The notes: a model not told the origin generated them from the letters alone. A stretch of DNA of 64,000 nt from a virus (IMGVR_UViG_3300020050_010385:1-64000); one strand, 5' to 3'. Shown: positions 37,018-48,665, counted from the stretch's first letter. Numbers and translations are program-made.

Positions 37018-37904
37018 GCCTAAATTTAAACTTTGCTTCAAAGAAACCTAACTTAGTTCAGAATGCAGCCAATCTCCTTTCTTCAGTTGTTAACCAGGCT
37101 ATCGTTAGACCTCTTGGAATGCCGAACGTCATTGGTGTTTCTGGATTCGTAATGGACATTCTGGAGGATGAAGAAATAAGTTTAGATTCGGACATTACTG
37201 ATCATTACGTTGAACAGAACTACGCTATTCAAGATCACATAGCTTTGAAACCCGTGCGGTTTTCCCTCAAAGGATTAGTGGGAGAACAGGTAGACTCTTT
37301 ACCCAATTCGCTCGCTACTATCTTTACCCAGGTAACAGGGCTGTCTACGTTAGGGGGACTGACTCCGCAGTTTAACGTTCAGGATGCTCAATTCTACGCA
37401 AAGGTGAATGACGTAGTTCAGCTTGGAACTAACGTTTTGAAACAGGTTAAGAATGTCTTTCAACTTTTCAATCAGTCTTCCACAACCACCAACAAACAAC
37501 AAACGGTGTACCAATTCTTCTACAACATGTGGAAGACTCGACAACTTTGTTCGGTAGAAACTCCTTTTGCGGTATTTGAAAACATGGCTATTGAGTCCGT
37601 CCGGGCATTCCAATCTGGTGACACGGACATGATTAGTGAATTCGTGGTTACTTTTAAACAGATTCAAACCGTTTCAACCGTAGTTTTTTCGGGTAACGTG
37701 GGATCGATGGTTTCACAAAACCTCGGATCAATTTCTAACCTACCCCGTGAACCCGGAGGACGTTTTGAGCAGATGGTTTCTTCTCCAGTAAGCTTGGGAA
37801 CCGATCCGGGTAAAGCTAATGACGTAAACGGTAACTTGATTTCCGTAGCAAATACTTCTCAAAACCTATATGTTCAACAAGCTGGTGCACCGAATGAGTA
37901 TTAA
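37014..37904 (+). CDS. Baseplate hub/tube initiator (Dit-like)
   Basis: ITDH.VE....I.DH...P, ENMAI. Confidence 0.7.
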   Translation: MSLNLNFASKKPNLVQNAANLLSSVVNQAIVRPLGMPNVIGVSGFVMDILEDEEISLDSDITDHYVEQNYAIQDHIALKPVRFSLKGLVGEQVDSLPNSLATIFTQVTGLSTLGGLTPQFNVQDAQFYAKVNDVVQLGTNVLKQVKNVFQLFNQSSTTTNKQQTVYQFFYNMWKTRQLCSVETPFAVFENMAIESVRAFQSGDTDMISEFVVTFKQIQTVSTVVFSGNVGSMVSQNLGSISNLPREPGGRFEQMVSSPVSLGTDPGKANDVNGNLISVANTSQNLYVQQAGAPNEY

Positions 37905-37907
37905 TCT

Positions 37908-38279
37908 ATGAAACAGATAACCTCTTTAACGAATGATGCAAATCAGATTTTAGCTGTCATCCTGGACGATGGAACAAAGGTTAGTATTAATTTAACCTAT
38001 TGTCCGAATCAATTGGGGTGGTTTTATTCTTTAACTTACGGGGAGTTTTCGGTGAACAATCGGAGAGTGGTTAATTCCCCAAATATGTTAAGACAATTCA
38101 GAACCTTTATTCCTTTCGGTTTAGCTTGTTTAGTCGTTGATGGGTATGAGCCGATTTACCAAAGTGACTTTGTGGACGGAAGGGCTTCGTTGTATATTCT
38201 GAATGCTGAGGATTTAGTAGAAACTGAAACTCTGATTACCGTAACGTTACCGAACTTTGTCGGGTATCCTTTAAACTAA
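37908..38279 (+). CDS. Baseplate protein
   Basis: Position and size. Confidence 0.6.
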   Translation: MKQITSLTNDANQILAVILDDGTKVSINLTYCPNQLGWFYSLTYGEFSVNNRRVVNSPNMLRQFRTFIPFGLACLVVDGYEPIYQSDFVDGRASLYILNAEDLVETETLITVTLPNFVGYPLN

Positions 38280-39220
38280 TGACACTTATAACTAGTACCA
38301 ATAAATTCCAAAGAACTTACACAATGCAAATCCAAGGCATTGATGGTACTATTTATAATGTGGGTTCGGAAAATGGTGGTTCTCTTTTGACCTTAGAGTT
38401 TTCCGTTAAACGTGACGTGTTAGCTTCGGCTCAATCGGGAACTTTCCGCATTCGAAATCTTAACCCCAGTGTTCGATCCCAGATCTATAAAGACTGGTTT
38501 GACACCGGAAGGTTACCAACGGTGATCGTTAAAGCTGGATACCTCGGGACGCCTTTGTCCACTATTTTCAACGGGATTGCTTTGTCGATAACCTCGTATC
38601 GTGAAGAAGGTGGAACGGACTTTATTACCGAAATCGAAGGGCAAGATTACTCTTTGGTAATGTCCAATAGCTTTTCGAACTGGACAATTGGGGACAACAA
38701 CAACCCTGTAAATCAGGAAGACGTGATTAATCGTTTGATTGGAGATCTCAAACTTACTGCCCAGAAGTACGGTAAGACTCTCGCTACGGGAATAGTGGGG
38801 GGTTTTCTTGCAAACCGTTACACGTATACGGCTAACGATTACACCTGGAATTTGTTGCAAGTTGAGACCAATCGCCTTTCATACATTGACAATGGTAAAA
38901 TTTATTGCCTCCCAAACAACTATGTTTTTGAAGGCGACGTTAACTTAGTTTCTTCCGAGACGGGTTTGTTGGGAAGTCCTCGTAGATACCAGAGCAATTT
39001 GATTGCAGAAATGATCTTTGAACCGTCAATTATTCCTGGACAACAAATTTACTTAGACACCAATCTTGACAAATCGTTTAATAGTTCTAAGAACGGAACC
39101 TATAAAGTTACGGGCGTGCAGCATGCGGGAGTTATCTCTTCAGCTGTGAGCGGTAAATGTAAAACCTTAATAACCATGCAAATTATAGGGACTCCGTTTG
39201 TAGCGAGTTTTGGTTTATGA
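38279..39220 (+). CDS. Baseplate hub protein
   Basis: I.NL, KAGY, IF.G, TGL.GSP, G.YKV....H.G. Confidence 0.8.
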   Translation: MTLITSTNKFQRTYTMQIQGIDGTIYNVGSENGGSLLTLEFSVKRDVLASAQSGTFRIRNLNPSVRSQIYKDWFDTGRLPTVIVKAGYLGTPLSTIFNGIALSITSYREEGGTDFITEIEGQDYSLVMSNSFSNWTIGDNNNPVNQEDVINRLIGDLKLTAQKYGKTLATGIVGGFLANRYTYTANDYTWNLLQVETNRLSYIDNGKIYCLPNNYVFEGDVNLVSSETGLLGSPRRYQSNLIAEMIFEPSIIPGQQIYLDTNLDKSFNSSKNGTYKVTGVQHAGVISSAVSGKCKTLITMQIIGTPFVASFGL

Positions 39221-40245
39221 CAGAAAATACTTCAAACAATAGGTACATAGTTCCCGACCTAGCTGAGTTTCTTTCCAGAAGAATGGACGATATTTCAGCT
39301 AGGATCAATTGCTTAACTATGGGTACAATCATTTCTTTTAATGCCACAAACCAAACTGCGGTCGTATCTGTCAATTTTCAAAAAGTGATTAAAGGCGTTA
39401 ATCCTACTGACAATATTGGTGAAGTTTCGGACATGGTTGTGAATTATCCCACACTGGTGAATGTACCCGTAGCATTTATGAACGGTGGAGGAGGTTATTT
39501 AACTTTCCCGATTATTCCAGGTGACTCATGTATTCTTCTTTTCTGTGACCGAGACATGGACATTTGGTTTGCAACGGGGCAAGTAACCCCTCCGAATTCT
39601 GAAAGATTGCATGACATTAATGACGCTGTTGCTTTAATTGGAATCCGTAATTTACAGCAATCTCTAAGTGGATATTCTACTACGAAAGTTCAATTGAACT
39701 TTCCTACGGGGTTGGTAACGGTAACCGACCTAACTGGAGAAAGACTAAATCAGGCGGGATTCCTCCAACCGTACGCTGGTTCCAGTGCACCTTCGGGTTG
39801 GTTATTATGCTACGGTCAAGCCATCAGCCGTACCACTTACGCTACTCTGTTTGCTGTGATCGGGACTACGTACGGTTCAGGGGACGGTTCCACAACCTTT
39901 AATGTACCCGATTTACGTGGTAGAACTGTTGCAGGGTTGGATAACATGGGCGGTTCGAACGCAAATGTTTTGACCAATACTTACAACCCGAACCGTAACA
40001 CTCTGGGAGGAAATACTGGAGAAGAAGCTCATCAGCTTTCTATTCCAGAAATGCCAGAACATGACCATCCGGGCAGTACTGCTAATACTCGGAATGATAG
40101 TTCAGCTGCTGGTGCTGCTGATGCGGCGGTTCAAGCTCAATTAATTAATAGTCTTATAAATGTTACCGTAGCTCCTCAGGGTAGTGACACACCTCACCAG
40201 AACGTTCAACCTACAAAGATGGTTAATTGGATTATAAAAATATGA
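39217..40245 (+). CDS. Baseplate spike (Gp138-type OB) fused to tail-collar domain
   Basis: VPV...GG...FP...GD...F.DRD.D.W...R.H...DA, then P.GWLLC.GQ...LF..IGTTYG.GDG.TTFN.PDLRG. Confidence 0.8.
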   Translation: MTENTSNNRYIVPDLAEFLSRRMDDISARINCLTMGTIISFNATNQTAVVSVNFQKVIKGVNPTDNIGEVSDMVVNYPTLVNVPVAFMNGGGGYLTFPIIPGDSCILLFCDRDMDIWFATGQVTPPNSERLHDINDAVALIGIRNLQQSLSGYSTTKVQLNFPTGLVTVTDLTGERLNQAGFLQPYAGSSAPSGWLLCYGQAISRTTYATLFAVIGTTYGSGDGSTTFNVPDLRGRTVAGLDNMGGSNANVLTNTYNPNRNTLGGNTGEEAHQLSIPEMPEHDHPGSTANTRNDSSAAGAADAAVQAQLINSLINVTVAPQGSDTPHQNVQPTKMVNWIIKI

Positions 40246-40607
40246 TCATTAGAGCCTTAGACATAAATCACGATTGGACATTTGGTAAAGGTAAAGAGAA
40301 TTACCTCTCAGGGCAGTTAGCAATTGCTGAAAATATCCAAACTCGGATATTGTCTTTTTTCGGTAATTGTTTTTTCGACATGTCGGCAGGGATTAATTGG
40401 TTCACACTTTTAGGGATACCGAATAGTGAACAGCAAATCATGCTGAATGTGCGAGCAGTAATCCTTCAGTCTTACGGAGTTGTGAGCGTAAATAGCATCA
40501 GCTTAAACTTGGTTAATTCAAATCGCAGAGCAACTTTGACTTACAGTATAAACACAATCTACACTCAAAATTATACTCAAACCTTACAGGTGGTACAAGA
40601 TGTCTAA
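40242..40607 (+). CDS. Baseplate wedge (gp25/W-like)
   Basis: R.LD...DWTFG.G, F.G..F.D...G. Confidence 0.75.
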   Translation: MIIRALDINHDWTFGKGKENYLSGQLAIAENIQTRILSFFGNCFFDMSAGINWFTLLGIPNSEQQIMLNVRAVILQSYGVVSVNSISLNLVNSNRRATLTYSINTIYTQNYTQTLQVVQDV

Positions 40608-41775
40608 TCAGATAACAGCAGCAGGGATTCAAATCGAAACTTTCGAACAAATCGTATCGAATATCATTAATGGGACTTCCGATACCCCTGGTTTGATTCA
40701 GATTTACGGAGCCGATATTAATGTGGCTTCAAATTCCCCGGACGGGCAAGCGGTCAACATTTACGCTCTTTCAAAAATGGACATTTTGAATCTCTGCGTA
40801 GCTATCTACAATTCCATGGATCCTGATCAAGCTGTGGGGGTGTCCTTAGACCGCATTGCTCAAATTTCGGGGTTGACACGTAAACCTGGAACTTACACAC
40901 AGGTAGACATTGACGTGGTAACCAACCAAAGCGTTAACCTAAATGGACTGGATACTTCCACCCCGTTTACTATCCAGGATTCCAACGGTAATTTATTCTA
41001 CCTTATTACCTCAGCTTCTCTTTCTTCTGGAACCACTAGCCTCAGTTTTCAATCTGCAGCAATCGGCTTTATCCAGGTATTAGCAAATACCTTAACAACT
41101 GCGGTAACGATCGTAGCAGGGGTAGTGAGTGTAAACAATCCAGCAGTTCCTACGCAGGTGGGTACGAATCAAGAGACCGACGCTAATTTCAGATTACGTC
41201 GACAAGCCTCCACTGCTTTCCCAGCACAGAGTTCTTTGAAGGCTCTTTTCTCAGGATTAAATTCTCTGGTAGGGGTAACCGAAGCGGTCGTATACGAGAA
41301 CACTACCAACGCAGTTGACGCTGACGGGATCCCTGCGCACGGCATTTGGGTGGTAATGGACGGGGGAACAAACGCTGAAATCGGGGAAACCATTTATACT
41401 TATCGAAACTTGGGTATCCCGATGAAAGGGGCTGAGACTTACGTAGTGACTCAGATAGACAGTTCTACAATTACCATGCAATACGACAACGTGGTAAATG
41501 AAGACCTATACCTCGAAGCTACCTTGGTATCTTTGACAGGTTCAGCTATCGATCGTACCGCTATCAAAGCGGCTTTAGTAACGAATTATGTTTTAGGTAT
41601 CTATGATACAGCTGACGTTTCAACTCTGAATCAGCAAATTCGTGCTATAAATCCTGACGTAGTTTGTTCTGGTTTAGGGGTTTCCGATGACGGGATTGCT
41701 TGGGTAAATCTTTTAAGTCCTTCATCCAAACAGAATAAATTTGTTCTATCAACCGCTAGAATAACCTTGAGCTAA
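40600..41775 (+). CDS. Baseplate J-like protein
   Basis: S.DGQ, P..A.G..LD, G...ETD...R.R, YEN.T. Confidence 0.9.
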   Translation: MSNQITAAGIQIETFEQIVSNIINGTSDTPGLIQIYGADINVASNSPDGQAVNIYALSKMDILNLCVAIYNSMDPDQAVGVSLDRIAQISGLTRKPGTYTQVDIDVVTNQSVNLNGLDTSTPFTIQDSNGNLFYLITSASLSSGTTSLSFQSAAIGFIQVLANTLTTAVTIVAGVVSVNNPAVPTQVGTNQETDANFRLRRQASTAFPAQSSLKALFSGLNSLVGVTEAVVYENTTNAVDADGIPAHGIWVVMDGGTNAEIGETIYTYRNLGIPMKGAETYVVTQIDSSTITMQYDNVVNEDLYLEATLVSLTGSAIDRTAIKAALVTNYVLGIYDTADVSTLNQQIRAINPDVVCSGLGVSDDGIAWVNLLSPSSKQNKFVLSTARITLS

Positions 41776-41779
41776 GTCT

Positions 41780-42382
41780 ATGACCTTAAGTGAAGCTTTA
41801 GATTACTACGCAAACCAGTTAATAATTCAGTACGCTAAACTACCAAAAGCAGAAGATACGATAAAGTGCTTGGTAAACAACGCCGTGTGCGATGGATTGG
41901 TTTTTTCTCTCCAGGACGCTTTTAACTTAGATACGGCTTCTGGAGAACAACTCACTATTCTTGGAAGAATTGTGGGAGTCCCTAGAGAAATCTTTGGTTT
42001 AGACTTGACACACGAGTTTTTCAACTTTACCAGGTATTCTGGAGTTCCTGCTAGTTTTGGATTCAATCGATTCAGTACTCCAAACGATACGTATTATATT
42101 TCAAGATGGCAAACCACAGCTTCTTATACGACAACTGATTTTGAGTTACTAGCCTTAATTAAAATTAAAATTATCGCTAACAATAATTATACCTCTTTAA
42201 AAACAATTAAAGAAGCTTTGTACGAAATTTTTGAAGGAGCAATTGACGTGGTAGATAATTTAGATTATACCATAACTTACAATCTTCAAAATCCGTATCA
42301 CAACGTGGGAACTATCTGTGACTTTTTAGACAACATACTACCGAAACCGATGGGCGTAGGTATCAATATTATCAATGTATAG
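41780..42382 (+). CDS. Baseplate wedge (DUF2612)
   Basis: IIQY...PKA, F.LD.A.G.QL...G.IVG..R, P.P.GV. Confidence 0.85.
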   Translation: MTLSEALDYYANQLIIQYAKLPKAEDTIKCLVNNAVCDGLVFSLQDAFNLDTASGEQLTILGRIVGVPREIFGLDLTHEFFNFTRYSGVPASFGFNRFSTPNDTYYISRWQTTASYTTTDFELLALIKIKIIANNNYTSLKTIKEALYEIFEGAIDVVDNLDYTITYNLQNPYHNVGTICDFLDNILPKPMGVGINIINV

Positions 42383-42391
42383 GAGACTTGA

Positions 42392-43237
42392 ATGGCAAAA
42401 CTAACCAGGAAAACCTTACTACAATTTGGTAGCACAGTAAATGCTGGGTCAGAAATTGGTCAGTTTGGTTCTTACGCTGCCCCAATTTACACTGCTGACA
42501 TTGCTACCCTCCAAGCAGGTACTGCGTGGCCACGAGGGTGGGCGGCTGAAACTGTTGCAACAAATCGACCGTTCCTTGAAGACATGAACGCCATTGACTA
42601 TGTGTACGGTTACATGCTTTCTTACATTTTGCAAATGGGCATCCCTGAGTATGATTCAGCAACGACCTATTATATTGACAGCTTTGTGCAGGTAGCTGGA
42701 CAAATCTATCAATCCTTGGCCGACAACAATACCGGGAATACTCCTTCTTCTTCTCCAGCAAGTTGGCAACCTGGAATCGGATCTAAGAATACTGAAACCG
42801 CTGGTGTGGTTAAAATGTTTGCTGGATCAATTGCTCCTACGGGTTACTTGATATGTAACGGTGCCGCAGTTAGTAGAGCTACGTATGCGGCGTTGTTTGC
42901 TATTTGTGGTACAACTTACGGGGCTGGAGACGGTGCAACAACTTTCAATATTCCCGACTTGAGAGGGAATGTAGCAGTAGGGTATAAGGCGTCTGATTCT
43001 GATTTTGGTACGTTGGGCGCGAACCCTGGTGCAAAGACACATACTTTGATTACTGCAGAAATGCCAGCACACAGTCACTCTACCTGGTATGCTCATAACT
43101 CTGGAAGCGGTAGTGAATCTCCGGCAGGTGGTAGTAATACCAATAGACAAGACGCTTCTACTTCAACCGAAGGTGGTGGAGGAGCACACAATAATATCCA
43201 ACCTTCATTGGTTCTTAATTACATCATCAAAACTTAA
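42392..43237 (+). CDS. Short tail fibre with collar domain
   Basis: Q.GIPEY....Y N-terminal module; collar; HNN.QP..V..YIIK. Confidence 0.85.
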   Translation: MAKLTRKTLLQFGSTVNAGSEIGQFGSYAAPIYTADIATLQAGTAWPRGWAAETVATNRPFLEDMNAIDYVYGYMLSYILQMGIPEYDSATTYYIDSFVQVAGQIYQSLADNNTGNTPSSSPASWQPGIGSKNTETAGVVKMFAGSIAPTGYLICNGAAVSRATYAALFAICGTTYGAGDGATTFNIPDLRGNVAVGYKASDSDFGTLGANPGAKTHTLITAEMPAHSHSTWYAHNSGSGSESPAGGSNTNRQDASTSTEGGGGAHNNIQPSLVLNYIIKT

Positions 43238-43246
43238 GGATCTTAT

Positions 43247-43618
43247 ATGCAGAATGATTGTGAAGTAGCTATCGATATCGTAAGAGGAACAGATTTTTAT
43301 TTACCAATTATTTATATGGTAAGTGTAGAATCGATCGGACTAAAATACCCAGTTAATATTACTGGGTACAGCGTGCAAATGCAGGTAAGACCAACGGTGG
43401 GTTCTACGGGTACACCACTAGTGAATATCTCTACGGCACTGGGTACAATTTTAATCGATGGACCAAGTGGAAAAATAGAATTACTAATCCCCAAAAGCGT
43501 AACCACTACTCTTCCAGTAGGAAGCTGGAGTTATGATGTTTTAGTAACAAACGTAAGTGGGTGGACAGAACAAATTATCTTTGGGACGGCTAATGTTATT
43601 GAAAGGACTACTAAATGA
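43247..43618 (+). CDS. BppU-like tail/baseplate adaptor
   Basis: I.RG.D, ITGY...MQVR, T..L....YD. Confidence 0.65.
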   Translation: MQNDCEVAIDIVRGTDFYLPIIYMVSVESIGLKYPVNITGYSVQMQVRPTVGSTGTPLVNISTALGTILIDGPSGKIELLIPKSVTTTLPVGSWSYDVLVTNVSGWTEQIIFGTANVIERTTK

Positions 43619-44130
43619 ATCCAGGAATAGTGCTACTACAACAGCAGAAAGTAATTGAGGCACTATCTCAATTCCCTATTTTACCCCAGTATCGAAACTT
43701 CTCGATTGTCGCTACTTCAGACGGACAAACGGATTTTGAACTTGACGACTACCCGGTATTGACGGGGATTATTTCCGTGAATATAAATGGGATAGCTCAG
43801 GATCCTTTAAACGGGGATTATACTATTTTGGACAGTACCCTGACTGTAAGCCCTGGAAGAGACATCGGAGACAAGGTGGCTGGTTTTTATCAAGTCATGA
43901 CTCCGGTGGTGGGGGCTAATGTTCTTAATTTTGCCTCGTATTATGAGTTGGTCGGCACAGCTGACAAGACCGTGTTCACGCTTTCTTTCCAGCCTAACCC
44001 TATTGTATATGTAGCAGTGAACGGAGTCGTACAAGACAACTTAGACTATACAATAAACGGTTACACATTGACCTTGAACGTAGGATTAGATATAAACGAT
44101 AAACTATATGTAGTCGGAATTAACAGCTAA
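43615..44130 (+). CDS. Virion-associated protein with two short beta repeats
   Basis: Duplicated F.L...V..NG..Q....DYT.....L. Confidence 0.55.
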   Translation: MNPGIVLLQQQKVIEALSQFPILPQYRNFSIVATSDGQTDFELDDYPVLTGIISVNINGIAQDPLNGDYTILDSTLTVSPGRDIGDKVAGFYQVMTPVVGANVLNFASYYELVGTADKTVFTLSFQPNPIVYVAVNGVVQDNLDYTINGYTLTLNVGLDINDKLYVVGINS

Positions 44131-44140
44131 GGAGAAACAA

Positions 44141-46510
44141 ATGAAAAAATGGTTTTTAAGTTTACTTGCAATCCTACTTTCGTCGTCTTTAGCTTTTGCT
44201 GATACGAAAGTCCCGGCCAAGGACGTTACAGTTAATACGTCTACTTTCGGAGACAACATACCTGTCGACGCAAACACGGTTCAAAAGGCTCTTCAGGCTG
44301 TCAACGATGCCACCTTTGGTGGTACCCCAGCAGGTTCTACTGGGCAGTTTCAGTATAATAACGGAGGGATCTTTGCTGCCGGTAACATGCTTTACACGGA
44401 CGGCACAAACATCGGGATTGGTAATGCTTCTCCTACCCAGAAACTGGACGTTACTGGAACTGTAAAAGCCACCACGTTCAGTGGTAGTGGTTCAGGGTTA
44501 ACAGGTATTCCATTAAGTGGTGCGGTTACTGGTAATCTTCCCGTGGGTAATTTAAACAGCGGTACTTCCGCAAGTTCTTCAACTTTCTGGAGGGGGGATG
44601 GGACGTGGGCTGCACCTACAAGTAGCGGCGGAGCTATTGCTACGTATACGGTATGTGCCTCTAATAAAACCGCTACGTATAAGTGCGATTATACGGCGGA
44701 CGGAACTGCGGATCAGGTAGAGATTAATGCTGCTATAGTTGCAGCTAATGCTCTTACGTACGGAGGAAAAGTATTTTTAACTGAAGGAAGTTTTAATATT
44801 TCTCAAAGTATAAAACCACTACCTAATGTGTGGGTTCAAGGCTCAGGTATGTTAGGTCAAACAACGTTGTTTGGTCTACAATCGCTAAATAATACGGGTA
44901 TCTTTCAAAATTGGGATGGAACTGCTGGTTCTCCAACAAATAATATCCGTATAAGCGATATGAAAATGGTAGGAACCGATATGCGAAATGCTACGTATGG
45001 GGTATCTCAAAAAGGAATAAGTATAATTTATTTAAACAATAGTAAAATTGATCATACTTGGATATATGATACTCCAGCTACGTGCTTAGCAACCGATCAC
45101 GCTACTCGAACAGTTATTGACAATAATATTGTTGAAAGTTGTGGTAGTGCTGCTAGATCGATTGGCGGTCACGGTGTACCGCTGGGAAGTAATGGTATCG
45201 GATTTGGAACGAACGGTACTGGCATAGATGAAAATGTTATTATAACAAATAACCAGGCTGTAAATGTCTTATACGATGCAGGAATTCTTTTAGAAGAACA
45301 AACGGGATCTACTTCTCCGAATTATAATTTTGTTATTGCTAATAATACCACTTCAGGTTGTTTTGATGGCATTCGTATTAGTGGGACTTCCGGAGTAATT
45401 ATTGCAAATAACACCGCAGTTAATAATAGTAATGATGGAATAGTAGTTACTACGGGCACCTTTGTTAATCTTACGGTAAATGATTTCACAGTTACAGGAA
45501 ACATAGTATTAAATAATACCCTTAATGGTGTTGAATTCCGTGGGTATTCAACAGATACAAATTCTCGAATAATCTTTACTAATAACATTGTGAGGAATAA
45601 CGGAGGCTACGGTGTTAGAACAATGTTCAATCGATCCCTCATCAGTGGAAATATTATTTCAGCCAACGGGTTAGAAGGCATCTACGCAGATTTAACCATT
45701 CTTCGGAACGTGGATAATGTAAATATTTCCAATAATACCATTACCAACAATGGTACATTAGGAACAGCAGGAAGAAATGACGGGATTAATATCGTTATAC
45801 CTGCTGGTAAAGCTATAAATGCTTTACAGATTAAGAGCAATATCATCACCGATACTCAAACCACCCCTACTCAAAGATATGGTATTACTATTGACAACGC
45901 AGGATTACTATCTAACTTTGCTATGGATAATAATTACTTAGCAGACAACAGTACAGGGGAGACTAATTTTACAAAGGTTCCTTTAGATCGAGTTATCTTA
46001 GCTGGCGGAGAAGGTATCTCTACTCTTGCTGGAGGGCTAAACGTTCCTACAACTGCGGATATTCAATCAGGGGGTTCAAGAATAAATTACAATTTAATTG
46101 GCTACGGTACAGGAACCGCTTACACACTTACTAACGCTTCAGCATTTGTTGACATGGGTACCAGTGACCCCACCATGGTAATCGATAAAGCTGGAACATA
46201 CACCCTTTCAGGGAGTGCTCAACTAAAGTATAATGCGGTTACTTACGCGGCTGATCAGACAGCAAACTGTGTACTTTATCGTACCAACAATACCGCAGGA
46301 GCAGTTCCCTTAGCTACAAGTACTGTTAACCTAAGAATTATTGCTTCACCTATTACCGATAATGCTGGCACTATTACCTTACCCCCTGTTCTATACACCA
46401 CAACAAATACAAGTGATCAAGTTCAGTTATGGTGTTCAGTATCAGCTACTCCAGGAGCAGGTAGTGTACAGGTTATTTCCGCTTGGGTAAGAGCACATAG
46501 AGAATTCTAA
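44141..46510 (+). CDS. Signal-peptide protein with right-handed beta-helix (tailspike/pectin-lyase-like)
   Basis: [20 protein letters not shown]; NIGIG..P..KLDV.G; DQ.EIN.AI; many I.NN...N...GI repeats. Confidence 0.8.
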   Translation: MKKWFLSLLAILLSSSLAFADTKVPAKDVTVNTSTFGDNIPVDANTVQKALQAVNDATFGGTPAGSTGQFQYNNGGIFAAGNMLYTDGTNIGIGNASPTQKLDVTGTVKATTFSGSGSGLTGIPLSGAVTGNLPVGNLNSGTSASSSTFWRGDGTWAAPTSSGGAIATYTVCASNKTATYKCDYTADGTADQVEINAAIVAANALTYGGKVFLTEGSFNISQSIKPLPNVWVQGSGMLGQTTLFGLQSLNNTGIFQNWDGTAGSPTNNIRISDMKMVGTDMRNATYGVSQKGISIIYLNNSKIDHTWIYDTPATCLATDHATRTVIDNNIVESCGSAARSIGGHGVPLGSNGIGFGTNGTGIDENVIITNNQAVNVLYDAGILLEEQTGSTSPNYNFVIANNTTSGCFDGIRISGTSGVIIANNTAVNNSNDGIVVTTGTFVNLTVNDFTVTGNIVLNNTLNGVEFRGYSTDTNSRIIFTNNIVRNNGGYGVRTMFNRSLISGNIISANGLEGIYADLTILRNVDNVNISNNTITNNGTLGTAGRNDGINIVIPAGKAINALQIKSNIITDTQTTPTQRYGITIDNAGLLSNFAMDNNYLADNSTGETNFTKVPLDRVILAGGEGISTLAGGLNVPTTADIQSGGSRINYNLIGYGTGTAYTLTNASAFVDMGTSDPTMVIDKAGTYTLSGSAQLKYNAVTYAADQTANCVLYRTNNTAGAVPLATSTVNLRIIASPITDNAGTITLPPVLYTTTNTSDQVQLWCSVSATPGAGSVQVISAWVRAHREF

Positions 46511-46541
46511 AAACTTATAAAAATATAAAGGAGATTATGCA

Positions 46542-47798
46542 ATGAAAAAATTAATATTACTACTACTACTAATCTTTGGGTTCTGCAGTAACGCTTTTGC
46601 TACAAAATTCATGTACAATTTCGGGTCAAATACTAATAATTCAGCTGACGTATCCTACTGGTATATCGACGGTATCGGAACATCTTCGGCTTTCGAAGCC
46701 CAAAGATTTATGCCTGTAGCTTTACCTGTAAAACTTAGTAACCTATCGGTAGTAACAACAATTGCTCCCACAGCAGGACAGGGAGTTATTTATACAGTAT
46801 TCGTTAATGGTGTTGCAACAGCTTTAACGTGTACTATTCCTGATCTGCTTCTAGTATGTACTGATACTACGCATACCCTCTATCTGAATAAAAATGACAA
46901 TGTTTCTATCTACGTTACAAAATCAGGGACTCCAACCTATGGTCCATTTGTAGGATATGTACAGGCTGAAATTGAAAATAATAACTATGACTCATTGGTG
47001 GGAAGTGGTGCAAATAATACGTCAGTGAGTAATGCGGTAACTAATTACCTTGGGTTATTTACTGAGACCCCCTCAACAAGTGAAGCAGCCCACCAATTCG
47101 TCATTCCCTTAGATGGATATCTGTCTAAATTATACGTTCAGCTCTCAGGAATTCCTGGAGCAGGAAAAAGCTATACTATTACTGTCAGAAAAAATGGAGC
47201 CGATACTGCTTTAACTATCCCAGTTGCAGATAGTGCAACAACTAATGAAGATTTATTTAATAGAATAGCAGTATCTGCTGGTGATCTTATTGCGGTATCA
47301 GTGGTACCTTCAGGAACCCCCACAGCTAGAATTGTATCATTTTCTGCTGTCTATACTTCTTCAATCTCGGGGTATTTTATTAAAGGTATGAACACGGGTT
47401 CTACCTCACTCTCCCCATCTTCCACTTACTATACTGCCTTTGTAGGTACCATAGCCCCCACTACGTCAGGTCTAACGCAGAATGAACTTATCCCACCGAA
47501 TCTTTACTTAAAAAGAATGTACGCCTATTTAGCCACTGCTCCTGACACGGGAGTAGGGACTCAAAGTTACGCAATTACCCTCAGAGATTCAACAGCTTCC
47601 AGTAACACCACAGCAACGTGTACTATATCCGATATCGCTCAATCTTGTTTATTCAAATACCCAGTACCTTTACCTGCTACCGATATGCGAGCATCTTATA
47701 GTGCAGTTCCTTCTGGTACACCGGCAGCGTCAACCTTAACTGTAGGTGGAGCATTTACTCTAATCCCTCCTCAAGCATCTAATATTAAAGGTTACTAA
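46542..47798 (+). CDS. Signal-peptide protein with three internal beta-sandwich repeats
   Basis: MKKLILLLLLIFGFCSNAFA; repeated L..L.V....P..G....T...NG..TALT...SGTP. Confidence 0.7.
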   Translation: MKKLILLLLLIFGFCSNAFATKFMYNFGSNTNNSADVSYWYIDGIGTSSAFEAQRFMPVALPVKLSNLSVVTTIAPTAGQGVIYTVFVNGVATALTCTIPDLLLVCTDTTHTLYLNKNDNVSIYVTKSGTPTYGPFVGYVQAEIENNNYDSLVGSGANNTSVSNAVTNYLGLFTETPSTSEAAHQFVIPLDGYLSKLYVQLSGIPGAGKSYTITVRKNGADTALTIPVADSATTNEDLFNRIAVSAGDLIAVSVVPSGTPTARIVSFSAVYTSSISGYFIKGMNTGSTSLSPSSTYYTAFVGTIAPTTSGLTQNELIPPNLYLKRMYAYLATAPDTGVGTQSYAITLRDSTASSNTTATCTISDIAQSCLFKYPVPLPATDMRASYSAVPSGTPAASTLTVGGAFTLIPPQASNIKGY

Positions 47799-47972
47799 TA
47801 TGATAGAAAACGTAGTCTTGACTATTCCTCCAGAAAAATACAAGTTCATGGTAAAGACCCTAGAATCCTTCAAGTCAGGAATACGTTTATTAAACCTAAA
47901 TGCACTTTATAAACAAAGCCTAATAAAAGAACTCCACACCATAGAGAGCATCATTAAAACTAATAGGAGTCA

Positions 47973-48317
47973 GTGATGGAATTCACTCAAGAATTTAAAG
48001 ATGAAATGCTAAAGGAGATTAAAAATTTCAGAGTCCTACTCGTAGGTGACGGCACACTAGAAAATACTGGATTGATCGGTGTTGTAAAAGATCACGACAA
48101 TTACGTCCGTGACGGTAAGAAGTGGCGGTGGGCGATTATTGGATTGATCGGATCCTTTGCCACGTACGTTGTCGGAGGGTTCATACTATACGGCAAAATG
48201 GAAGAACGAATTGAGTGGCACGACAAATATATTAAATACTTTATTGACGAGAGAATGAATGCAAAAACACCAGTGCAACCCAATTACTATGACCCCCGAA
48301 CAACTAAAAAACATTAA
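47973..48317 (+). CDS. Single-TM protein (holin-like)
   Basis: L.G.G....GL; one TM helix. Confidence 0.5.
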   Translation: MMEFTQEFKDEMLKEIKNFRVLLVGDGTLENTGLIGVVKDHDNYVRDGKKWRWAIIGLIGSFATYVVGGFILYGKMEERIEWHDKYIKYFIDERMNAKTPVQPNYYDPRTTKKH

Positions 48318-48452
48318 GGACTGTGTGAGGAAGATTGTGATACTGGAGAAAGCTATACAATTAAATAAACTCGAATTAGCCATTACTCTCATTGATCAGC
48401 TTAGGTTTGATTTAGGTCTACTAAATGAAGAAAGAAAACAAAGGAGACACGA

Positions 48453-48665
48453 ATGAACTTGATTATCAAACTACTCAATCTTTTAAACGGCTACAAGACT
48501 TACCTAACAGCAACAGCTGCTGTTCTAACGGCTATCGTTGCCTACCTTAATCACGCTATCACAATCGAGGAGTTGCTCACAGCAGTCTTTACCGCTATCC
48601 AAAGTATGAACATTCGACACGCCATTACTACAACCGTATCCAAAGCAACTGGAGAAAAACTATGA
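48453..48665 (+). CDS. Holin-like protein
   Basis: L.GYKTY, two hydrophobic segments, R.AI. Confidence 0.6.
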   Translation: MNLIIKLLNLLNGYKTYLTATAAVLTAIVAYLNHAITIEELLTAVFTAIQSMNIRHAITTTVSKATGEKL

